A stretch of 25,072 bases of DNA from an uncultured virus (IMG/VR IMGVR_UViG_3300020190_000031) (lineage: Duplodnaviria; Heunggongvirae; Uroviricota; Caudoviricetes), in IMG/VR virus record IMGVR_UViG_3300020190_000031; one strand, 5' to 3'. Of this stretch, positions 17,901-24,003 are shown in pieces. The notes below the pieces were generated by a model. The model did not search any database, was not told the DNA's origin, and saw nothing but the letters and a program-made list of their open reading frames with translations. Position numbers and translations under genes: made by a program. Every line of letters begins with the position of its first letter. The stretch's first letter is position 1.

Positions 17901-17966
17901 TCTGCGGGCACTTTTATCTACGCCGCCTTCGCGGAATCGCCCTTCGCCTATGCCCGCGCTAGGTGA
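14904..17966 (+). CDS. tail fibre tip / receptor-binding protein (LamG/concanavalin-like, SPRY-like, cupredoxin-like insert, YTGNG repeats)
   Basis: YTISRSLRFN..., FTFSVWVKRS, GKWYWE...IGVALD...FYKN...NFGQ (SPRY-like), YTGNG repeats, GHPF...YYFCTNHSGMGG. Confidence 0.8.
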   Translation: MGVPGSANALLLASTAAGGYTISRSLRFNSSDSAFLSRVFGSPTNQIKFTFSVWVKRSTLGGNQQLFQGGASDYSDSSIYFESDNTLAFRVYNGSNAEIGALKTSQVFRDTGAWFHVLAVYDSANATAADRMQLYVNGYRITTFTTQTNPSQNAIAYSLNTNGVTHYIGSYRGTSNYFSGYLADIHFIDGQALTPSSFGEYDTNNVWQPKAYSGGSYGTNGFHLDFADNSAATATTLGKDTSGNSNNWTPNNLSVTQGTGNWSTQITSSSGFNASFPPLNGFDGDTSSYCQAVSDGSTLTFSPSPGIAYTSSIKILMPAAGATASVNGGSAVSVGNNVETTIASGSGTLTSLILTASNKPGFQYIKIDDNLLLDYRAVAAGNDSLVDSPTNGTASSGGDAGGVTVGNYCTFNPLDTESGCTLSNGNLEVSTNGGRVAVASFGIPTSGKWYWEGTFLGGTGTDGWIGAIPVANRSDGSGRFYRTNGQQLSGASWTAYGASYGQNDVIGVALDQDNNTITFYKNNTSQGAQTSVPLRERFAACNNDGATGWAFNFGQRPFAYTAPSGYKALCTANLPTPTIANGATAMDVKLYTGNGSTQTISGLNFSPDFIWLKSRSSGSYSHNIYDIVRGATKIIYSDSGSAENTDASGLTAFNSDGFSLGSTAATNASSTTYVGWCWDAGANSSKTYTVTVVSGAFYIDGKQQPTLNLEEGSTYTFDLSAASNSGHPFRLSESANGPTQYTTGVTTSGTAGNAGATLTIAVASGAPTLYYFCTNHSGMGGQINTNTTAGASNFAGSITSQVRANASAGFSIVTYTGNGSNSTVGHGLGVAPRLIIIKNRSVSQNWLVGHFALSNMNNGYLFLNSTGALTTGRSDIWNDTNPTSTVFSLGTDSIGNGNGNNHVAYCFAPVAGYSSFGSYTGNGSADGPFVFTGFRPRWVMIKRTDAAFGWYMYDTARDTYNIVGKEILANESSAEVSDSDLDILSNGFKPRRSSNAFNASAGTFIYAAFAESPFAYARAR

Positions 17967-18019
17967 GTAGTGAACAAGCCTAGCCACCCTGCCTAAACTC
18001 AAACCAACGCCCTAGACCC

Positions 18020-18532
18020 ATGTTTATCCTTCGTAACCAACCCCTTTCACCTGATGTTGCGTTCATCGACATCAACGACATCCAGCGCCCGGCTAACTGG
18101 CTCCGTCTTGCCAGCCCGGAGGAACGCGAAGCCGCCGGCGTCACCGAAGTCCCCGACCCACCGACCTACGACCAACGCTTCTACTGGGGGTATGACGCCG
18201 AGGGTCACCTGATCCCCAAAGATCACGCCCAACTCGTTACTCAGTGGACAGCCCAGACGCGCACCACAGCCAACACGCTGCTGACTCCAACCGACTGGAT
18301 CATCATCCGCGAGGCCGATAACGGCAAACCGGCTGATCCGCTGCTGAAGACTTGGCGTGAGGATATCCGCCTGGCTGCTGGCATTAAGATCGCTGCCATT
18401 GTAACCACTGTTGATACAGATGAACTTGCTGCTTATGTAACCGGTTCAGAATACTCGGAGTGGCCTAGCGACCCAAATGCTTTTGTCCCGCCGGTTCCTG
18501 TTGCATATGATGAAGACAATGCCGATGAATAA
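18020..18532 (+). CDS. putative tail fibre assembly chaperone
   Basis: PANWLRL.S.EER.A.G and LL.PTDW.IIR..D...WREDIR motifs; directly downstream of the fibre tip gene. Confidence 0.7.
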   Translation: MFILRNQPLSPDVAFIDINDIQRPANWLRLASPEEREAAGVTEVPDPPTYDQRFYWGYDAEGHLIPKDHAQLVTQWTAQTRTTANTLLTPTDWIIIREADNGKPADPLLKTWREDIRLAAGIKIAAIVTTVDTDELAAYVTGSEYSEWPSDPNAFVPPVPVAYDEDNADE

Positions 18533-18582
18533 TAACTATACGACCCCAAACTAAAGTGTTTTCGTAAAAGATCCCATCATTG

Positions 18583-18591
18583 GGGATTCTA
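18583..18591 (+). promoter_or_regulatory. GGnAnnCTA motif (GGGATTCTA)
   Basis: 16 nt upstream of ATG 18608. Confidence 0.4.
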
Positions 18592-18607
18592 ATAGTGGGG
18601 TCTTTTT

Positions 18608-18832
18608 ATGACAAAACGAGAATTCAATACACCCCATCGTGAGAACTGGAATGCTCACATCCATCAATGTCTAAAGGCAATTGACGAACATATGCGACTA
18701 TATTTTGAGTCATATAACCCATGGCATATAGAAAAAGCTGAAATGTTACGTGTTTATTTACATGAATTAAAAACATTCATTCATACCCAGGAGGGTAAGA
18801 TCAATGGCCAACAACGACACGATATGGAATGA
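18608..18832 (+). CDS. conserved cyanophage-type hypothetical protein
   Basis: REFNTP.RE.WNA.IHQ.LKAID.H...WH..KA..LR.Y..ELK..I motif, recalled from cyanophages. Confidence 0.7.
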   Translation: MTKREFNTPHRENWNAHIHQCLKAIDEHMRLYFESYNPWHIEKAEMLRVYLHELKTFIHTQEGKINGQQRHDME

Positions 18833-19130
18833 TGTAGAATCAACGCCAACAAAGTTAAAATTAAATATTTTTAAGGGTATTTATGATACCTGTAAAACAC
18901 CAAACCCAGTTGTTAATTTTTTAATTTTTGGTTTCTTGGTTTGGCTTGAAGAGCGTTATATCGATTACAAAACCGATCTTGCTATTGATCTAGCAGAACA
19001 AGAATTTCATGCTGAAATGGATCGCCAAGAGCTCGATTGGAAAGAAGGTGCTGTCATCAAAGAAAAACCATCTGCAATTCCTGACTTACCTGAGATGCAA
19101 ATTAGTAACCCCAATATAAAATTTGACTAG
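18804..19130 (+). CDS. hypothetical protein with one TM segment
   Basis: VVNFLIFGFLVWL hydrophobic stretch. Confidence 0.65.
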   Translation: MANNDTIWNDVESTPTKLKLNIFKGIYDTCKTPNPVVNFLIFGFLVWLEERYIDYKTDLAIDLAEQEFHAEMDRQELDWKEGAVIKEKPSAIPDLPEMQISNPNIKFD

Positions 19131-19145
19131 ACTGAGCTGTTGCTA

Positions 19146-19349
19146 ATGACCATCATGAATGAAGATTCCAAACTTGGTAGAACTGCATGGCTTCGGGATG
19201 AATATGCCATGAAGGCCTATGAATTTTTCTTAAAAAAATATTTTGATAAAGATTTTGAGAAATTTGCTGCTGATTGCGAACTTGAAATCACAGAAACTAT
19301 TGCAACCTTAAGCTATATGCTTGCTGATGAAATGATTAAGTTGCGATAA
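19146..19349 (+). CDS. hypothetical protein
   Basis: LRDEYAMKA...SYMLADEMIKLR resembles the common phage LRDYFAAKAM...AYxxADAMLxxR family; start uncertain. Confidence 0.65.
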   Translation: MTIMNEDSKLGRTAWLRDEYAMKAYEFFLKKYFDKDFEKFAADCELEITETIATLSYMLADEMIKLR

Positions 19350-19395
19350 CTCTCCAGATCGCCTCCGCCAGGAGCTTTACCGCTACTCGAAGGTA

Positions 19396-19602
19396 TCAGT
19401 CATCATCAGGCTCCACCAAGTTATCAGGTGGCCATACTAAGTCTAATGATGCAAGCTCATACTCTCCTTGGCAACGCCAATAACCAGCTTGATATGCTTG
19501 AACCAACATCAAACTGAGATCTTTTTCTTGGTCAAAAAAACCATGCTCCCATTCTTTTAGTTCTTCAGGTGTTGGGAAAATCACTTCACTTGTCAGTTTC
19601 AT
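19396..19602 (-). CDS. hypothetical protein
   Basis: 68-aa ORF with upstream TGnTACAAT extended -10. Confidence 0.6.
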   Translation of the reverse strand: MKLTSEVIFPTPEELKEWEHGFFDQEKDLSLMLVQAYQAGYWRCQGEYELASLDLVWPPDNLVEPDDD

Positions 19603-19664
19603 TAGTAATTATGCAATGAAAGGATTGTAGCATATCAATAAGAGGTGCCTTCGTTTTTTTGTGA

Positions 19665-19976
19665 TCATTTGTCCAATAACTCCTTATAAATTGGATGTAC
19701 CTTTGCTTGCTCAAATTCCAGTCCAACTAACGCTAAGGGCCAGCCAAATCGAGTGGTTTTATACATCGTACCATTCTTCCATCGAATAAAAGTTATTCGA
19801 TCCATTGGCCATGTCACCCCAGTTGGGGTTGAAACCACCTCATCGGTAACTGTTGCTGCACAATAAATGTGCCCGTAACGCGGATACCAATCCTCGCAAA
19901 CCGTTTCACAGGGATGCGGATCATCAACAATAAAAGAAGGCATTGGATTACTGAAATGAGTAACTAAATTTGCCAT
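19665..19976 (-). CDS. hypothetical protein
   Basis: 103-aa ORF in a minus-strand operon. Confidence 0.6.
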   Translation of the reverse strand: MANLVTHFSNPMPSFIVDDPHPCETVCEDWYPRYGHIYCAATVTDEVVSTPTGVTWPMDRITFIRWKNGTMYKTTRFGWPLALVGLEFEQAKVHPIYKELLDK

Positions 19977-19978
19977 AG

Positions 19979-20131
19979 TTAACGATAATCATCGATGAAA
20001 AGAATATCATCATGACTTTGCAACCTCAACACAAGACGTTGCAAATTTGACCTGTGGAAACATGCCCGATCATATTCGATCTTGGGCACATAACCTAACT
20101 TCAACATTACATAATCAACAATCGTTCTCAT
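19979..20131 (-). CDS. small hypothetical protein (50 aa)
   Basis: Hand translation MRTIVDYVMLKLGYVPKIEYDRA...; ATGA overlap with the upstream gene and a 2-nt gap to the downstream gene. Confidence 0.55.
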   Translation of the reverse strand: MRTIVDYVMLKLGYVPKIEYDRACFHRSNLQRLVLRLQSHDDILFIDDYR

Positions 20132-20418
20132 GCCTTTACATCCTTGAATTCGATCACCCTGTTCAATAACGCCAGCCGAAACACTCGCCGACAGTCAAAG
20201 CTGCGCCATACTGTTTCACCTTCTTTATTGATTTCACAGTACCGAAAAATATTGGGATCTTTACATGGCGTACCCGTTCCAAGCGTTTCTAAAAAATGCT
20301 TTGGATTGAATCGAGCTCGACGCTCTTCACCATTCTTCTTGATGTGGTCAACACAAACATAGTGTGACCCATTCTCTTCGATCATCTGACGGATGATCTC
20401 GTGACGCGGTTTGATCAT
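20128..20418 (-). CDS. SH3/Sm-like fold phage protein (DUF2693/WYL_2-like)
   Basis: V.V..IKKNGEER.ARF...WRSF...RV motif; ATG 20418 preceded by GAGGA and an upstream TATGAT. Confidence 0.65.
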   Translation of the reverse strand: MIKPRHEIIRQMIEENGSHYVCVDHIKKNGEERRARFNPKHFLETLGTGTPCKDPNIFRYCEINKEGETVWRSFDCRRVFRLALLNRVIEFKDVKA

Positions 20419-20506
20419 GTGAGGTTCTTCCTCGTTTACCAATCAATCATACTTCATCCCACACCCTTGTCCAGCCCTGATATGCACCATGATTGATAAT
20501 GATTAC

Positions 20507-20665
20507 TTATTGAAACCTATTGATTTTTTCGATCTTCATAATCTTTTGATCTTTCTGTTTACTTTTGGTAACAAAAATAACGCATTCCTCTTCATTTATG
20601 CATCCAAGAACTGTCATTGTTGTAACACTTCCTGCTGCATTGTCAAGTGATACCCGAAAACTCAT
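20507..20665 (-). CDS. small hypothetical protein (52 aa; alternative start 20683)
   Basis: Hand translation MSFRVSLDNAAGSVTTMTVLGCINEEECVIFV...; same orientation as its neighbours. Confidence 0.4.
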   Translation of the reverse strand: MSFRVSLDNAAGSVTTMTVLGCINEEECVIFVTKSKQKDQKIMKIEKINRFQ

Positions 20666-20825
20666 TGGTTTAGTTCTTAGCATGTCTAAAACCGTTGACC
20701 GTTGGATATTACACTATCTCACCCTCGGGTCAACCCCTCATATTATTTATTAATGAGTATTTATACCTATTGTCTAACAAGCATTATTAGCACATGATGC
20801 GCCCGTCTAAACGTGGTTTACCACC

Positions 20826-21023
20826 ATGAATCCCCCTGAATCTGTCGAAGATGCAATCTCTTACATCGAAGCAATCGGCGGTCATGTTTATCGAGATTCG
20901 ACCAGTAAATATGTTTGGGTTATTGTTTGCCCAATGATTCTTGGACGCTTTACTTATGGTTGCAGTACAGGCCTATCTTTAATTAACTGGGCTAAAGATA
21001 TCTACTCTCAAGCACAAATTTAA
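20826..21023 (+). CDS. hypothetical protein
   Basis: 65-aa ATG ORF; stop overlaps the convergent gene. Confidence 0.5.
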   Translation: MNPPESVEDAISYIEAIGGHVYRDSTSKYVWVIVCPMILGRFTYGCSTGLSLINWAKDIYSQAQI

Positions 21024-21331
21024 TTATTACCTCTAAACCATTTCCTTTTGTTCGTAAACCATTGAGCCAAGGTAACAGGATCCTGAGGCCCTGAGAGGTG
21101 CTCAGAAGGGTCTGGATCCCCTATGTCCATGTCTTGGCAGAATTGATCCATAGGACTGATTTCATCGCCCTGTACAGCCGCTCTACGGGCCTGACGCAGC
21201 ATCTTATCAACTGTTGGGTTAATATTAGCCCATTTTTGTATCCATATCATATCTGAGTATTCGACAGAAGCACCAACTTTTATTCGTTCACAAATAAATT
21301 CAACTCTTAAACGGGTTTGTGTTGAAATCAT
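21020..21331 (-). CDS. conserved cyanophage-type hypothetical protein
   Basis: M.ST..RLR...IC..I..G..V...DMIW..K.A..N.....ML.QARR...GDPDPS.H...WF motif, recalled from cyanophages. Confidence 0.75.
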   Translation of the reverse strand: MISTQTRLRVEFICERIKVGASVEYSDMIWIQKWANINPTVDKMLRQARRAAVQGDEISPMDQFCQDMDIGDPDPSEHLSGPQDPVTLAQWFTNKRKWFRGNN

Positions 21332-21502
21332 TCCCGCTTTACCGCTTGCATATTGTTCCTGATTACCAGTTTAAAATGATTTAAAATTGTAAAATCATCA
21401 GTTAAATATTTAGCACTTTTGCGGTCATTGTCTGTCTCATAGCGATTGGTTTCTATCTTCTTTTTATGCTATTTCATCATGATTTAATATGCCCGAGAGG
21501 GG

Positions 21503-21608
21503 GGTAACATAATGTTACCTGGGGGTAACATAATGTAACCCTAGAGGTAACATAATGTAACCCCCTAGGGTAACATAATGTAACCTTTAGGGGTATCATA
21601 ATGTAACC
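21503..21608. repeat. five 17-bp iteron-like repeats GGTAACATAATGT(A/T)ACC
   Basis: Copies start at 21503, 21524, 21546, 21569 and 21592 (periods 21, 22, 23, 23 bp). A degenerate sixth copy GGTGACAAAATGTAACC is at 22387-22403. Confidence 0.95.
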
Positions 21609-21760
21609 CCCCTTTATTAGTTAATATATTAATTATATTATTTATATAATAAATCCAAGATTATAAATCCAGATTATAAATCCAAGATTATTCCCCCCTT
21701 ACCCCCCTTATTTTTTTTTGAAAAATATTTTTTTTGATCTGTTTGTTGAAAAAATTATTT
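21503..21760. other. putative replication origin (iterons, AT-rich unwinding element, triple 13/14-mer)
   Basis: Iteron array followed by an almost pure A/T tract (21613-21655), TAAATCC(A)AGATTA x3 (21650-21690) and T/A tracts. Confidence 0.6.
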
Positions 21761-22244
21761 TTTGTCCGGTTGCAGTTGTTGTATTGCTGTAATGTTGCGT
21801 CAGCGGTGTCTGTGGGGCTTTAGAAGGCCTGTTTGGGGTGCCTTGGCTACGTTTCCCCATCCGTTACCTTGGAGGCCTGTTGTGGGGCCTTGTAGCCCTT
21901 TGTTTTACTTTTTGCGCCTGTTGCTTGCCTGTCTCATATATGTCTCATCTGAGACACTCATACGTCTTCCCTATATCCGCCCCTCATACAACTATCCCAT
22001 ATCCCTTCCTAACACTACCTCCCTCACACACTTCACCCCCCTTACCCCCTACCTTCAACACCACTTACCCCCTCATGCTCCACTCCTCACTAATCTTCAT
22101 TTATCCCCTGAAAGGAGGGCCTTCGGCCCCTATCTTAGCACAGTTTTAAAACACAAGGATAAGTCTGTTTCAATTCGTAACACGGCCCTATATAATAATA
22201 TATATATTATATAATATATATTATATTAATAACTACTAGTTATA

Positions 22245-22273
22245 GACAATTAATAACTCTGTTATTAATTGTC
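22245..22273. repeat. perfect 13-bp inverted repeat
   Basis: GACAATTAATAAC-TCT-GTTATTAATTGTC. Confidence 0.9.
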
Positions 22274-22489
22274 CTATTACTTATCTAGTAATAATCTAGT
22301 TATAAGAAGAGTTTAGCTACTTTACAGGGGGTAAATCCGGCTAACAGAATGTCATTGACCCGTTTGCAATGGATTACTCTTAGGGGGGTGACAAAATGTA
22401 ACCCCTACTGTCTCGTAGTTTCGATTGCTAATAGTACTAAATTAGTTGTCTCAAAGTGAGACTCAAATAAGACTGCCCTAGCATTTCGC

Positions 22490-22512
22490 GTACCTGTGCA
22501 TGACACAGGTAC
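22490..22512. repeat. 9-bp inverted repeat
   Basis: GTACCTGTG-CATGA-CACAGGTAC. Confidence 0.85.
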
Positions 22513-22595
22513 TCTGGCCCAAATGTTTCATTTTGTTTAGCAGACTTGACAAAAAGACCTGGATCGGGGCAGAAAAAAAAATTTCGCGCAAGCGC

Positions 22596-22637
22596 GATCG
22601 TGAATGAAGGCCGCAACGCGGCTCATTCACGCTCACC
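22596..22637 (+). repeat. structured element copy 1 (GATCGTGAA...TTCACGnTCACC)
   Basis: CGTGAATGA/TCATTCACG stem with apical GCCGC-AAC-GCGGC; homologous to the reverse complement of 23913-23956. Confidence 0.75.
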
Positions 22638-22648
22638 ATATTAAATAT

Positions 22649-22673
22649 AAAAAAAGGGGGGCAATCTGCCCCC
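22649..22673 (-). terminator. intrinsic terminator
   Basis: Minus strand GGGGGCA-GAT-TGCCCCCC-TTTTTTT, just after the stop at 22681. Confidence 0.85.
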
Positions 22674-22680
22674 GTAAAAA

Positions 22681-22866
22681 CTATTTAACTTTGCATAACC
22701 TTTCAGATAATTCAGATATCTTATCGGGCTTGAAGAAGAACTTCAGGCTATCTAAAACATCCTCATTGATCGGCTGATCGGTAACAAGAAACTCAAGGCT
22801 ATCGAGTGCGTTGATAATAATTTTCCACTCCTGATTTGTGACTTCAATGTGTTTGTTTGGTTTCAT
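22681..22866 (-). CDS. small hypothetical protein
   Basis: 61 aa; ATGA overlap with the DUF932 stop. Confidence 0.6.
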   Translation of the reverse strand: MKPNKHIEVTNQEWKIIINALDSLEFLVTDQPINEDVLDSLKFFFKPDKISELSERLCKVK

Positions 22867-23831
22867 CGTGCTAGCTCCAGGGCAGATTCGTGTGCCTTTT
22901 TGATGATCAATGAACCGCCGCCGAATAGAGCAGAATGCATGCGACGCTTGCCAGCACCTTTACTGTATTGAGAGGATTCAACCTCAGTTACAGCGTTCAG
23001 GCCGTGGTACACCGTACCGCGAACGCCGGCGATATCCATACCGATACCGTTATGCCAGGCATCTTCAAGATCTTTCCATTTACGGGGGAGATCTTCAATA
23101 CGGCCAGGGCGGCCACCTTTAGCGGGAACAGAGTAAACACTTTCCAGCCAATGGCGGTAGAGATCAAGCGACATGGGAGTAGATTGCATTGCCCGATAAT
23201 CATCGACCACGCTGGCAAACGATTGCCGCGCCATATCAATGTTCTCCAGAACATAGTCAATCTGTGCAATGTCGTTGGCGGTATGCTTAATGGTGAACTG
23301 TTTACCTGTACGGTTTGCATCGGATTGAGCGAATCCGAGGGTGTTGGCACACACTACGCGAACGTTAGTGAACATACCGCCGAAGGCTGTTTTGCCATCA
23401 TGGCCGAGGTACCCCACAATATTGCGGTGGATCTTGTCACCGGGAACGACCTCGTGATCACTACCCCGTAGGCGGGCGGTGAATGCAACTTTGGCGCCAC
23501 CGCGCAACACTACAACCGTATCCATATCAACTTCCTCACGGATCGCCTCAGCAAATCGGAGCAGTTGAGTGTTTTGAATCGGCTTGTAGTGATCAGAGGC
23601 AACACCCAGAATAGTGCGGTTGTCGGGGCGCCAAATAGCACGGCGATCTTCAATCTCGATGAATTCATCATCGCTGACTTTGGCGTAGAGACCAGTAACG
23701 CCGACCGGGAACAGAGCTTCGGCACGAGTGAAAGCTTCACCTGCAGGCAGGGTGCCTTCGATAACTTCACCAAGACCATGCCATGCGGCCTGGTCATTCA
23801 TCATGATGCCGGAGGTAAATTCGTGAGCCAT
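22863..23831 (-). CDS. DUF932/DUF945-family phage/plasmid protein
   Basis: MAHE...AWHGLG..., LGV.S..Y.PIQN, LRGG.KV, HDG..A......T.VRVVCANTL, GT..HGLNAVTE motifs; best start ATG 23831. Confidence 0.88.
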   Translation of the reverse strand: MAHEFTSGIMMNDQAAWHGLGEVIEGTLPAGEAFTRAEALFPVGVTGLYAKVSDDEFIEIEDRRAIWRPDNRTILGVASDHYKPIQNTQLLRFAEAIREEVDMDTVVVLRGGAKVAFTARLRGSDHEVVPGDKIHRNIVGYLGHDGKTAFGGMFTNVRVVCANTLGFAQSDANRTGKQFTIKHTANDIAQIDYVLENIDMARQSFASVVDDYRAMQSTPMSLDLYRHWLESVYSVPAKGGRPGRIEDLPRKWKDLEDAWHNGIGMDIAGVRGTVYHGLNAVTEVESSQYSKGAGKRRMHSALFGGGSLIIKKAHESALELAR

Positions 23832-23857
23832 GGGTGAGAACCCTTCAGGACCTCCTA

Positions 23858-23908
23858 AGAATACAACAGAATCAGCCAAACGACAATGGAATCACAAAAC
23901 TTTACAAA
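23858..23908 (-). promoter_or_regulatory. sigma70-like promoter with upstream HLR1-like direct repeat
   Basis: Minus strand TTGTCG-N17-TATTCT; plus strand ATCACAAA-AC-TTTACAAA at 23891-23908. Confidence 0.5.
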
Positions 23909-23912
23909 GACG

Positions 23913-23956
23913 GGTGACCGTGAACAACGTCGCTTCGCGAGGCCTTGTTCACGATC
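23913..23956 (-). repeat. structured element copy 2 (GATCGTGAA...TTCACGnTCACC)
   Basis: CGTGAACAA/TTGTTCACG stem with apical TCGC-N3-GCGA. Confidence 0.75.
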
Positions 23957-23963
23957 TTCCTGC

Positions 23964-23995
23964 AAAATATAAAATAGGGGGCTAAATCGCCCCCC
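23964..23995 (-). terminator. intrinsic terminator
   Basis: Minus strand GGGGGC-GATTTA-GCCCCC-TATTTTATATTTT after the stop at 24004. Confidence 0.75.
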
Positions 23996-24003
23996 AAATT
24001 AAC

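Noticed and set aside
14325..17966. Diversity-generating retroelement suggested by the Mtd_N domain
   Set aside because: No reverse transcriptase and no template/variable repeat pair differing at adenines was seen. Mtd_N alone is a common fibre domain. A DGR elsewhere in the genome cannot be excluded.
21503..21608. CRISPR mini-array
   Set aside because: Repeats are 17 bp separated by only 4-6 nt, with no unique spacers and no cas genes in the window.
21762..22214. ORFs 21762..22214 and 21838..22149
   Set aside because: They arise from the skewed A-poor and G-poor tracts, which lack stops; translations are low-complexity with no start signals.
22188..22300. Protelomerase target (telRL-type long palindrome)
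   Set aside because: There are several short looped IRs rather than one long perfect palindrome, and no protelomerase gene in the window.
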